A stretch of DNA of 64,000 bases from Neoechinorhynchus agilis (lineage: Eukaryota; Animalia; Acanthocephala): NCBI GenBank assembly GCA_051530055.1, contig CM121341.1:14982784-15046783 (forward strand), in the 5' to 3' direction. Position 1 is the stretch's first letter, and every line of letters begins with the position of its first letter. The notes under the pieces are model-generated. The model searched no databases and was not told the origin of the DNA. It saw only the letters and a program-made list of their open reading frames with translations. Below, one piece after another: positions 1 to 11,147 of this stretch. Position numbers and translations under genes: made by a program.

Positions 1-211
1 AAATTAGTACAAACGATTATTTAAAACCTTTGATCAACATTGGAGTTACGAGAATTTGGGCGCTAGCAATAATCAGCGGAGAATACTAATCTTATAAAAT
101 CTCATTTATTCGATTTTTTTGGCTTGCAGTTAATTAAAATTAATTCTAAAACTTTCGACGGCAATATCTCGCAAATGCAGAAAATAGATTATTTTATCTT
201 TTTTTAATTCT

Positions 212-507
212 GGCTAGCCGGTTACATATATTCTGTGTTGAAGTGAGGCCTTTTCCACGACTGATGATTTTCCTTGGATATACAACCCACTGGTATGCTT
301 CAAGGAAGCGCCCACTAGGCCATCTCGACACAACTACGGAATGTGAAAACTCTGCTAGTTTTTAGATTGGGCCAAGTATTGAATTATTTTATCTTTAAGT
401 CTCTATAGCCGGTTACATTTATTCTCTAAGTGTTGTGAGCATCCCGAAAATTATCAGCCGTGTAATGGATGTTCACTTCAACACTTAGAAAAAATGTATC
501 AGGCTAG
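212..507. mobile_element. Degenerate fold-back element fragments (same family as 32899-33126 and 50294-50474)
   Basis: tagccggttacatttattctctaagtgttgtgagcatcc (from 407) pairs with ggatgttcacttcaacacttagaaaaaatgtatcaggcta (to ~507). The loop contains gaaaattatcagccgtg, shared with the 33 kb and 50 kb elements. A partial copy lies at 212-270. Confidence 0.5.
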
Positions 508-1177
508 TTATACATAAGATAAAAATAATTAGAAAAAATGTAACCAAAGGTCATACAAAAGTGTAAGGTATCGGCGGAGAATATGTTGAACAGCACTAAA
601 GTGTTGCCATGTGATGAGATTACATGAGTTAATTTTTTCTTGGATAATCGACCAACTCAGATTCGAGTTTTTAAAATAGTCGCGACGGCAAAAAGAATTG
701 CATTAAGTGCTGCAGTCGGTAAAGAATTAAGCCGATAACGGATCGATATATCGATAAAATACGAAAAAGTGAATTCCAAGGATACCGTTGATGGCAAATT
801 GAATTATAAAATGCAAGTGTTTACTTCAGGATTGGAAATTCTTCGAAGAATGAATAGAAATACACAGTAGAAACGAAAAAACCCAACAACAAACTGACGT
901 CACGGATCCACTTTACACTGGAGTTACACAAGTATTAGCAGCATGGCTGAAAATAGTCTTCGTAGTTACTTCATTAAATCTAACTTTTTGTTAATTTGAA
1001 ATAAGATTGTATTTATAGGAAGAATACATAATCACAACTAGCCAAATCAATCCATTGGCGAATTCCACTAATGACATTCAGTCACAAAATTTCGGCTAGG
1101 ACGTCATTGGTGATCTTCTTTCGTACTTCATCTCTAACATTGATTTTTCCATCTTTGGTGCACAGCGACGAAAGGAG

Positions 1178-4100
1178 ATGGATAGTGTGAAAGAGGAAAA
1201 TGATTTGTACTCTTTACTTGGAATCACTCGGTCCGCAACACTCAAGCAAATCCAAAATGCATTTCACAACGCCAGCCTCGAATTTCATCCCGATAGGGTC
1301 GAAACGGAGCTGCAAGCGGATGCTGCTAAGATGTTCGTTAGACTAAAGCGAGCCTATGACATTTTAAGTGATCCGGATAAACGAGCACTTTATGATGCAG
1401 TTGGTGAACGTGCCTTCCAAATGGGTGGTATGCAAATCGTGGCTGCGCGTTGCAAAACACCGGCAGAAATCCTTTCCGATTTCTACCAGGAGGAAGAACG
1501 AAGGCGAGAAGCCACGTTTCAGGCAGGAATTAACCAAAAGGTGAGCTTATCTCACGGGAGACGAATTTCATTCTTATTCGAATCGAATTGTTCGTGAATC
1601 GATAACAGACCATCGGGCGAAATTCTTCACTAACAATTATGAGCGTGACACTAAAGACCTTTTAGGCTCTGGCTGTAAACCAATGGACCGATTACTTTTC
1701 CGTTGGATCATATTCTGGCTTGTGATTTCATAGTTTTCTCTATTGATCGTTAAAGGTCTTTCTGTGTGCATATTCAGAAATACGTTTTTGGGTGCATCGC
1801 CTCTCGGTTTCTTGGATTACTAATGACTTGAATACAGATTTAAAACTCAATTCTACTGCCAATATTATATTTATATGTGTTCTTTGGTGATTCTTAAAAT
1901 AGAGACTGTTTTATTGATCTCAATATTTCGTCCATTTCGTCGAACGTTTGTTTGTAAGTAACTGACAAGTACAAGCAACCTGAAGAAGACGGACGAAATA
2001 TTGAGAACAATAAATCAGTCTTTATTTTTCAGAATCACCAAAGAACACGTATATAAATGAACAACTTTACAATATTGTTTTTCCAGATAGCTCCTGTTCT
2101 TTCGGCCTATCGATAATCTGAAAATGTTTTGATTCGTCCTTCTTAGGTTCAAGTGATTGCCGTAACCGATCTATCCAACTTCATTGACAATGAAGGGCAA
2201 TTTCAGCCCGACACCATTTCACTTCAAAGTGTTTTCGTTTCGAATTCCTCCGACTTGCTTCTTCCCCAATATGAAAACGCTCGTTTCCGTCTTGGGTATG
2301 CGGTTCAAATAAAAGACAATATGTCTGGATCATGTACAATCAAACCGGGACTTCGATTTTTGAAGAAAATGTTGAATTTTGGCGGGTGTCTAATCCTTGG
2401 AGTTGGCACAGGTGTGAACGGCATTGAAGCGGATGTTCTTGAGATAGGGCGAATGGTCGAATGTCGTTTTAAACTTCTCTCTTCTCCATCGGGATATGCT
2501 CCGTCTATTCGACTCTCCAACAACATGCATCGAATTGGTTCAATCGGTTCGGCAATTCTAAGCGGTCAATGTGCACTCAAAGTGTCCAAATGGAGTTCAT
2601 TAACGTACACTTTGAACTTTGTAAGAGATCGCGCATTTGGAGCCATAGGGATTGAATTATGGCGAAGTGCGATTGGTGCCCATTTAACTGCCGGATACAA
2701 AGATGAGGAAAAAGTGGGTGCGGCTTCCATCTCACTAAGTCCGGTCTCCGTTGCACTGAAATTGCGAGGCGAAAATATGCGTGGAACGTATACGCGAGTC
2801 ACATTCGATGTGACTATTGAACCTGATCAAGTATCCGTAATTCTAGGGTAAGTATATTAAACTTGTTCTCCCTATAATTCTCTTTTAAGTGCAATCCGAG
2901 GATCCGTCTCGTACCAATTCCCAATCATCCTGTCATCCGAACCATCACGAGCGTCCGTATTTTACTCCTTGGTACTTGTCGCTGCATCCTACTATGCATC
3001 TCGAAAAGTTTTTCAAAAGGAATGGATTGAGAGCAAATTCGACGGAAAAGGAAAAACAAAAGAGGAGGCTGAAAGGGAGCAGCAGATAGAGCCAAGGTTT
3101 GCGTCGGATTTTTAGGGTTTTCAGAAATCGGTCTTCGCATCTTTAGTGGCAGAAAATACTTCTGAATATCTTAGGTTTTAATAGTTTAAGTCATTTTTCT
3201 AGGTATTTCAGACAGATTTATGCTCGAAATGAGCCTTATAAGATTGAAGATTGGTGCATTGCAATGACCACAATACCTTATTTATTGTTTCAATTTCAAT
3301 TAGCGATATTCACTCAGAAATAGATTTATATTAAAAATTTTCGGCCTTTTCGTTGGCCTTCTTCAGTCAGATTGTTTGCAGCCAACGAAAAGGCCGAAAA
3401 TTTTCAATATAAATCTATTTCTGAGTGAGTATCGCTAATTGAAATTGAAACAATAATGATTAATTTCTTTACAACACCTTATTTATTGGATGGTAGTATA
3501 AACGTTAAACTCGCATTAATAAATGAGCACTACTCGGAATTCGTAAATCCCTAAAAAGTATGGCGTATAATCGGGGTTTTAATTGTAACTGAAATGGTTT
3601 CCCCATTACTTTTGCTGTCAAATTCGCTGCACGCGCTTTAATCTCGTTTGCATCATTTTTTAAAAAATTTGAATTTTATGAATTGATCAAAAAAGATTTT
3701 TTCCAATCACAAAAAGTTTCTTTTGATCAACAAACAAATTATATTGTGCGTTGGCGAATCCTGCCCCCGGTGCTTTCGTTACTCATTTATATTCGAAATA
3801 TTTCACAAGGTTTTCCTTGCCTCTTCAGTCGGTATTGCTTGTAAGTTTTTAAATGTGTTATACTCCGACTGAAGAGGCAAGGAAAACCTTGTGAAATATT
3901 TCGAATATAAATGAGTAACGAAAGCACCGGGGGCAGGATTCGCCAACGCACAATCAAATTCACCCCGAAGACAATGATATATGACATTAAAAACAAATTA
4001 TATGTTCAATTTTTAAATTCCATAGCGGTGGCGTGAATGATTTCATGAATTAATCCATCATTACAAAATTTCGAACGCTCAGTTCCAATGTGAACGGAGG

Positions 4101-4788
4101 AACATCTTTATATTATATTACCCCGAAGACACATCCAGAATTCCAAAGAATGCGCGAAAAAACCTCAACAACTTCGTTCATTTCCCTTTATCGAACAAAA
4201 CATTAACAATAAAAACTCCGCGGTTCTTGTTTTTAGCGAGGTCCCTAAGCATTTTTGTTTCATTGTTCATTTTTGGTTTATAGGGTGCCCAGCAATTCCA
4301 CTGGGGAAGCCCCTTCCCACGGAATTTCTATATACATTATGGATCTTAAATTCATGTTAGCAACAAAGGTTCCGATTCAACAATACGTACAATGATGAGC
4401 GGTACACGCGGTGCTGTCTTTTGTGAATTACTTCGTTTTGATTCTTCTGTGCCTTTCAACGCCAACCTTTGCATTAATGCGGCCGTCCTATCTTCGTGCT
4501 CTCGACAAGGAACACGAACGAGGCGTGAATGGAGTCGTTTTACGGCGTGCCACTTATGGGAACGAGAAGTCTGCATTTGACGTCAAGGTTCCTCTTCAGC
4601 TTCTTTTAACTTCAAGTGGCGATGGTCGTATGAGAATTAGACTTCCTCCTCACTACCGATTATGGGACCTCAGAGGTTTTTATAGGCCGGATACAGGATT
4701 AGTTCGCCTAGAAGTTGAATACGAACGAAATGGTCGCTTGACAAATGTTTGTTTTCTCGAGAGTGATGAACTAATTTTGCCAGATTAG
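1178..4788 (+). CDS. DNAJC11: DnaJ subfamily C member 11-like (J domain plus C-terminal DUF3395-type domain), multi-exon
   Basis: Exon 1178-1540 encodes a J domain with HPD. Exons 2147-2847 and 2890-3096 are joined by GT-AG introns. The last exon (~4461-4788) reads LMRPSYLRALDKEHERGVNGVVLRRATYG...DVKVPLQ...GFYRP...LEVEY, matching the DNAJC11 C-terminus. The last acceptor is unresolved (see findings). Confidence 0.85.
1903..2021. mobile_element. Short fold-back element with degenerate hammerhead-like core, in DNAJC11 intron 1
   Basis: Arms agactgttttattgatctcaatatttcgtcc and ggacgaaatattgagaacaataaatcagtct. The right side reads CTGAAGA-agacggac-GAA-ATAT-T. Confidence 0.55.
3282..3456. mobile_element. 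Fold-back element (~75-bp arms) in DNAJC11 intron
   Basis: Near-perfect inverted repeat ttattgtttcaatttc...ttttcgttggc / gccaacgaaaa...gaaattgaaacaataa. It is associated with an 18-bp direct repeat (3270-3287 vs 3471-3488, 17/18 identical). Confidence 0.8.
3332..3369 (-). ncRNA. Minimal type I hammerhead ribozyme motif (Penelope type)
   Basis: Minus strand UGA-CUGAAGA-A-GGCC(aacgaaaa)GGCC-GAA-AAUU-U-UUA: 3-bp stem I, conserved core, 4-bp stem II, palindromic 4-nt stem III. Confidence 0.65.
3794..3831 (-). ncRNA. Minimal type I hammerhead ribozyme motif (left-arm copy)
   Basis: CGA-CUGAAGA-G-GCAAGG(aaaa)CCUUGU-GAA-AUAU-U-UCG. Confidence 0.65.
3866..3903 (+). ncRNA. Minimal type I hammerhead ribozyme motif (right-arm copy)
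   Basis: Identical to 3794-3831 on the opposite strand: stem I CGA/UCG, core CUGAAGA...GAA, palindromic AUAU. Confidence 0.65.
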
Positions 4789-4826
4789 TGGTCTTTTGAT
4801 CCTCTCCCATCAAAACTTCGTTTCAG

Positions 4827-5447
4827 ATGGGTATTGACCTAGATCATCGCCATCTACGTAAAAGTCGCCGTGTCGCTACTCGTTCAAATGATCCATATTT
4901 AAATCTTCTTGTTAAAGTGTACCGATTTCTGGCTAGAAGAACTAAAAGTCGATTCAATGAAATCGTTCTGAAGCGTCTGTTCATGAGTCGTTCTAATCGT
5001 GGACCATTATCGCTTCTCCGTCTCATCCGTAATTACAAAGCTGCTCTAAGAGTCCGTGCCAAGGAATCTTCTACCGATACTAAGAAAGTCTTCAAAGCTC
5101 CAAGTCGACCAGTTGTTGCTGTTGTGGGTACTGTGACCGATGACCATCGACTCTATCACGTCCCTGAAGGCCTCCGGATCTGTGCTCTTCGTGTTACGGC
5201 TTCTGCCAGGGCCAGAATCATCAAGGCTAAAGGAGAAGTTCTTACCTTCGATCAACTGGCTTATGCGTGTCCAACAGGGTCAAACTGTCTCCTTCTTAGA
5301 GGTCCGATGAAGTCCCGTAAAGTCTATAAGCATTTCGGACTTGCACCAGGACAGAAAGGAAGCAAAAGCAAACCTTATTCTATATCACATGGACCGAAGT
5401 TCGACCGCAATCGCCGTAAGAGAAGAGTTCATGGACTTAGAAAATAA
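4827..5447 (+). CDS. RPL18: 60S ribosomal protein L18 (eL18)
   Basis: MGIDLDHRH...SNDPYLNLLVKVYRFLARRTKSRFNEIVLKRLFMSR...VVGTVTDD...LTFDQLA...LLRGP. Single ORF; the ATG is directly preceded by tttcag. Confidence 0.97.
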   Translation: MGIDLDHRHLRKSRRVATRSNDPYLNLLVKVYRFLARRTKSRFNEIVLKRLFMSRSNRGPLSLLRLIRNYKAALRVRAKESSTDTKKVFKAPSRPVVAVVGTVTDDHRLYHVPEGLRICALRVTASARARIIKAKGEVLTFDQLAYACPTGSNCLLLRGPMKSRKVYKHFGLAPGQKGSKSKPYSISHGPKFDRNRRKRRVHGLRK

Positions 5448-5657
5448 AGGTGTCGTTCGTGCTTTTAGGTGCTTCAATTCCACTCACACTTTTTATTTAA
5501 ATTTAGGATTTAATGTCTATTTTTCCATATTGTATTGTTTGAACGAAATGAATTTTTAAACTGTTTGCTATATTTTTAGTTATTAAATTGCCTAGAATAT
5601 ATTTAAATAATTTCGTTGAAATTAAAAATTTAGAAAACTCTTTCAAAACATTTCTAG

Positions 5658-6023
5658 ATGGGACCGAAACAAACAGGAAAGAAAGACTCTAAAGCAGCTA
5701 CCAAACCGAAGCAGTCTTCGGGAGGTGGCAAACAGAAAAAGAAAAAGTGGTCAAAGGGAAAAGTTCGTGAGAAGCTCACAAATGCTGTCCTGTTCGATGC
5801 CGCTACATTTGACAAACTCTTGAAGGAAGTTCCTGCCTATAAAATGATCACACCGAGCATTATCAGCGAGCGATTAAAGATTCGAATTTCATTGGCACAA
5901 GGTGGCATCAATGAACTTCTCAGGCGTGGACTTATAAAACAAATCGTCTCTCATCATGAACAAAAAGTTTACGCCAGAGCCACACTTGACACGGCCACTG
6001 ATGTAGCCGGAGGACAGGAGTGA
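5658..6023 (+). CDS. RPS25: 40S ribosomal protein S25 (eS25)
   Basis: [21 protein letters not shown]...[27 protein letters not shown]. Intronless; the ATG is directly preceded by ttctag. Confidence 0.97.
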   Translation: MGPKQTGKKDSKAATKPKQSSGGGKQKKKKWSKGKVREKLTNAVLFDAATFDKLLKEVPAYKMITPSIISERLKIRISLAQGGINELLRRGLIKQIVSHHEQKVYARATLDTATDVAGGQE

Positions 6024-6557
6024 CGACGATGAAAAATAGTGTGGTTAATATATCATTCTTATTGAATGTATCCGTTTAAAAACAGTTTAAACACTTCTTG
6101 AAATAAGAATTTCCTGGTGAACAACTCCGATCGAAATTTATTTTAGTGTTCACTATGACTGAATATTACGCGTAGTATGCAATATTATCGTCCACGATGT
6201 ATGCTACAACGAAATGTAATGGAAAAAATGAGGGAGTTGTGATTTTTAGGACAATCAAAGGAAATTTATATTAAAGATTTCATTCTGGTTGTTAGATATG
6301 ATATTAATTTGGATCGTTAAGGACGAATATATTTCGGCTGATTGAATCAGTCATTGTCAATTCTGTTACTTGTAAGTTTTCACGGCGTAACACGAAATCC
6401 ATATCTTTACTAAAAAATGAGCACCATCAAATTACCTACTCATGGTATTTTTTTACGTAAATCGATATTCCGCCAAAATCGAGAAAATTATAAATATCGA
6501 TTACGCGAAACACGAATTTACATTAACACCAAAATTTATTAATAATAACAACAAATA

Positions 6558-6996
6558 TCAATAAATTATCCATTTAAAGCCATAAGTAAAAACTGGCTGA
6601 ATAATTCCGTCAGTGTTCGATAATTTAGAACAATGAAGTGGTGGTTCAAATATTCCAAGACTTTCGCGCGTCGAAAAGTAGTTCACTTCTCCCATCTTCC
6701 TGGTATATTTTTGTCGACTATCCGTCATATTGTAACCTAATTTATTCATGGCCCGTGTCCGTGTATTCGAAAGCCATTTACAGATTTGTCTTTTTGTAAG
6801 ACCTTAAATTTTTAATCAGCCTTGTCTTAATCTCAATTTTAACAAACTTACCCGTATTCATCATCGCAGCATCGATCTCTTCGTTATTCATAAAGGGATG
6901 TGAGAAATGGCGATCAAACCAATCACTTAGATAGAAGATTTGGTACTTTGTAAATCTTCGATTCGGTACTACGTTTTCATGACCGAATACATTCAT
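6558..6996 (-). CDS. Divergent TALE-class homeodomain protein, copy A (129 aa)
   Basis: Exons 6996-6852 and 6802-6558 with a 49-nt GT-AG intron. Spliced homeodomain: NRRFTKYQIFYLSDWFDRHFSHPFMNNEEIDAAMMNTGLTKRQICKWLSNTRTR (HPF in the TALE loop, W-x-x-N-x-R-x-R in helix 3). Confidence 0.8.
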
Positions 6997-8275
6997 CGTT
7001 ATTCGATTGTATTCTTCAGTCTAATGATTTGCATACGAAAGGTAATGCTTGAAATGGTGATAGTTGGGCAATCGACAGGGAAACTTCAGCCAATCAGAGT
7101 ACGAGAATATTGAGCAATTGAATCTTTTATTACGGTAATACTTTGACCATTATGATATTCTGTAATGGATCAAAAGAAATCCGTGGCAAATAAAACTCTC
7201 TTTTATCTTTTTGTTCAGTTTATTGCTCAATATTAATTGATTGATCCAAATTCCATAGATCAAGAAGTATTTGAGATAATGCAGTCATTTCATATCGCAC
7301 AATGCAATAATATAAAAGAAAGCCGACGAATGTGAAAATGTCAAGAATTACAATAGGTTAAAAAAATTAAGATCTTGATCACAAAAAGGATTGTTTTGCA
7401 TTTAATTTTGCGTCGTTTTTTAAGCTCCTTTATAAGCCAGCAATGTCGTAATTCAATTTAAATGCATTCAGCACACGTTACTTGATTCGGTATTTTTTGC
7501 GTTGTTGACCTTACGAAAAGCCACAATTAATAGCGAATTTGTAAATGGGTCAAATCATGAAAGTTTACGGTTGTTGTAAAAAAGATGAACTCATCGGCAC
7601 TTTGTTGTTATAATTCAATACTCCACAATCCTAATTAATGGAGATTCTCACCAAAAAATTTTCTTTTCTGCAATTATGCGCATTGTGATCATCTTATTAT
7701 CTCTCTCCAGCTTTAAGAATGCCATCAATCCTAAAATTAATTTTGGAATCTTAGGTGTGCATATGGGTGACTAACAGAAACCTCATTTTTATGGAAATAT
7801 TATAGAGTTATTTCATCCAACATTGCTTAATTCTCTAAGGGATCATGGAGGCAAAAACAACTAACTTACTCCGTGCATCTGATCTATTTTGTTCGCTTCA
7901 GTTTTAGGAAATTTAAAAACGCTTAAGGTTTTCCGTCAGTTATAACCTATAGATTTGCAATAAAGTTTTGGCAAATATTCTGAAAATAAGCCAATGAAAA
8001 AGTTTTAGCTGAAAATAAGTTTGTAGTCGCAAATGGTGTAGACGCGACTTTGTAGGCACTAGGATCTGAAAACCAAAAAATAATTCTTTGAGTGGCTTTT
8101 AACTTGAATTATTCAATAAATTTGATGCGTTGTGGACAACTGCTATTGATGTTCAAACCACAACTATGAACGCTTACATTTAGAACATCAAAAGCTGCAC
8201 TTCAGTTGCTATGGTAACGGATGTTAAACGCAGAGCACTTATTACTTTTATTTTGACAACGCTTTATATTCATCA

Positions 8276-8755
8276 ATGGGGGCAGCTTGGCTTAGATCAT
8301 TATTCTGCAGCTTTTATGGTCAGCCTCGTACCGTGAAGAAGATCAAAGCGAGGAGTCGTATTCAAGTCAAAAAGCAAAGATCGTTAGCGCTATGTAAAAA
8401 AAGCCAAGCGAAGATGGATGAGGAACCTGGGCTTGAAAATGTAATGGCACAGTTAACAAGGGAGAACAGCCCAGAATCAAATTTTGATTTTGAAACAAGA
8501 ACAACAACCATTAAGATTGTTGGTAGGAAAAGCCGAAAGGAACAGCCTTCCTTACAAGGCAAGACAGTACCGCTGCCAATTGAGGCAAGCAGGAGGTCGT
8601 CATCGCATATCATTGTTCATCCAATGCCGCCGATCCCAGGCCAAGATGATGGTCATTATTTGAGGGTAACTCAGTCACTGGAGTACGCCATGAAGGCTTG
8701 TGGATTGAAACCGAAGGAAAGAGTATCACGTGCTTTGGATGTACTGGTCGATTAA
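8276..8755 (+). CDS. Hypothetical 159-aa protein, no recognised domain
   Basis: ATG-initiated 480-nt ORF, more GC-rich than its flanks. The N-terminus MGAAWLRSLFC is compatible with lipidation (inference). Confidence 0.5.
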   Translation: MGAAWLRSLFCSFYGQPRTVKKIKARSRIQVKKQRSLALCKKSQAKMDEEPGLENVMAQLTRENSPESNFDFETRTTTIKIVGRKSRKEQPSLQGKTVPLPIEASRRSSSHIIVHPMPPIPGQDDGHYLRVTQSLEYAMKACGLKPKERVSRALDVLVD

Positions 8756-9337
8756 ATGAAATTAAATTGTTTGTGATGACTGATTTAGAAAAACTATTTT
8801 AACTTTTCAACTGTAGATTAAATTCATTTAAAAAAGACATACGGTTCATCTCCGGTGGTCTGCAAAACTATAGATGTATCAATTTTATACCATTTTTAAT
8901 GGTTAACATAGCAGATGACATTTTCCTCCAATATCAATTATATTTGGAGATGAAAGATGTTTTATACGCACTTCCATTACCTACTGTAAAATTTGAAATA
9001 ACTAGTTGAATTCAGAAATGTAGCCGCATCATAATTTTTCATATATCATTGAAAGTGTTCGTATTAAACTCTTGTCTTAGACCATTTGAATTTCCAAAAA
9101 ATCCTGAAATTTCCATATCAATACAATTCGTCCGTATATAAATTATGAAAGCGCGGCATTATTTAATTTTTTGATTATAATATTTTCCCGTTTGTCGAAA
9201 ATAATTAGAATAACGGAAAACAACGAAAACAATACTATTAAATTACCAGCTCACGGTAATTTTTTACGCAAATAAATCTGTATTCTGCAAAAACCCAGAA
9301 ATTTATGAGTATCGATTGCGCCAAACGCGAATTAAAA

Positions 9338-9728
9338 TTAACGCCAAATTTTATTATTAATAATAAATATCAATAATTTCCCTCTTTTAAAACAATAAGT
9401 AAAAATGGGATCGATGATAATTCTGTCAGTATTGGAAAATTTAGAATGAGCAACAGGTTGTTCTAATATTCCAAGACTTTCTCGCGTCGAAAAGTAGTTC
9501 ACTTGTCCCATCTTCCTGGTATATTTTTGTCGACTATCCGCCATATTGTAACCTAATTTTTTCATGGCCCGTGTCCGTGTATTCGAAAGCCTTTTACAAA
9601 TTTATCTTTTTGTAAGACCTTAAATTTTTAATCAGCCTTATCTTAATCTCAATTTCAACAAACTTACCCGTGTTAATAATCGCAGCGTCAATCTTTTCGT
9701 TATTCATAAAGGGATGTGAGAAGTGACG
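9338..9728 (-). pseudogene. TALE homeobox copy B, broken
   Basis: It retains HPF, the intron, helix 3 and exon 2 (MKKLGYNMADSRQKYTRKMG...). After ...gggatgtgagaagtgacgttcg it jumps straight to the upstream flank, deleting the start codon and helix 1. Confidence 0.75.
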
Positions 9729-11039
9729 TTCGTTTGAAATGGTGATAGTTGAGTAATCAACATGGAAACTTTAGCCAATCAGAGTACGAGAATATGTAGC
9801 AATTTAATCTTTTATTACAGTAATACTTTAACCATGGTGTTATTCTGTGATTTATCAAAAGAATTCCGTGACACAAAAAGCTCTCTTTTATCGTTTTGTT
9901 CAGTTTATTGCTCAATAATAATTGACTTATCTAGATTCCACAGATTAAGGAGTATTTGAGATAATGCAGTCATTTCATATCGCACAATGCAATAGTATAA
10001 AGGAATGCTGACGAATATGAAAATGTCAAGAATTAAAATGTGTTGAAAGAAATTTAAGATCTTGATCACAAAAAGCATTGTTTCACATTTAATTATGCGT
10101 CGTTTTTAAACTCCCTTATAATGCAGCTATGTCATAATTCATTTTAAGTGCATTCAGCACACGTTACTTGCTTCGGTATTTTATGTTTATGATTTTACGA
10201 AAAGCTACAATGAATAACGGATTCATAAATTGGTAAAATCATGAATGTTTACGGTTGTAGTAAAAAGATGGACTCATAGGAACGATGTTGTTGTAATTCA
10301 ATATTCTACAATCCCAATTAATGGAGATCCATATCAAAAAAATTTCTTTTGTTCATTTGAATCAAGAATGGATTAATTTTCAAAACCACTTAAATAGATA
10401 CCACTTTTGAATTTTTCAATAAAAAAAACGATGTCCAAATTGCATTTGTTCATTAATTTCTCTGCATTATATTGAACTGAAGATAAAATTTTGAAATATG
10501 CTTTACCGATTTAGCGTTTAATTTGCAACATCTTTCTAACAAATAAAGTTGTTTTGAATAGGTCGCACTTATTACAGACTACATTTAGAAAATTAATAAC
10601 GCTTAAGGTTTTTTTAGATATAATCTACAGATTTGCAAAAAGTTTTAGCCAAATATTCTGGAAATAAGCATATGAAAAAGTTTTAGCTGAAAATAAGTTT
10701 CTAATCGCAAATGGTGTTGAAAAAAATTACGAAAAATTAAATGCAAAACAATGCTTTTTGTGATCAATATCTTAAATTTTTTTAAACCTATTTTAATTCT
10801 TGACATTTTCACATTCGTCGGCTTTCTTTTATATTATTGCATTGTGCGATATGAAATGACTGCATTATCTCAAATACTTCTTGATCTATAGAATCTGGAT
10901 CAATCAATTAATATTGAGCAATAAACTGAACAAAAAGATACAAGAGAGTTTTATTTGCCACGGATTTCTTTTGATCCATTACAGAATATCATAATGGTAA
11001 AAGTATTACTGTAATAAAAGATTCAATTGCTCAATATTC

Positions 11040-11123
11040 TCGTACTCTGATTGGCTGAAGTTTCCCTGTCGATTGCCCAACTATCACCATTTCAAGCATT
11101 ACCTTTCGTATGCAAATCATTAG
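11040..11123 (+). promoter_or_regulatory. Putative upstream elements of the homeobox gene: CCAAT box (ATTGG), octamer ATGCAAAT (11110-11117), possible acceptor cattag
   Basis: Motifs read directly from the sequence. Both motifs are also present in copy A; copy B keeps CCAAT but lost the octamer in its deletion. Function is inferred only. Confidence 0.25.
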
Positions 11124-11147
11124 ACTGAAGAATACAATCGAATAACG

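Larger units (their letters stand above)
3743..3954. mobile_element. Fold-back element with 90-bp perfect arms, in DNAJC11 intron
   Basis: 3743-3832 is the exact reverse complement of 3865-3954, with a 32-nt spacer. Confidence 0.85.

Noticed and set aside
3203-3323. Extra DNAJC11 exon after the acceptor ttttctag (YFRQIYARNEPYKIEDW...)
   Set aside because: It has no resemblance to DNAJC11, runs into the fold-back element and stops, and the protein length fits orthologs without it.
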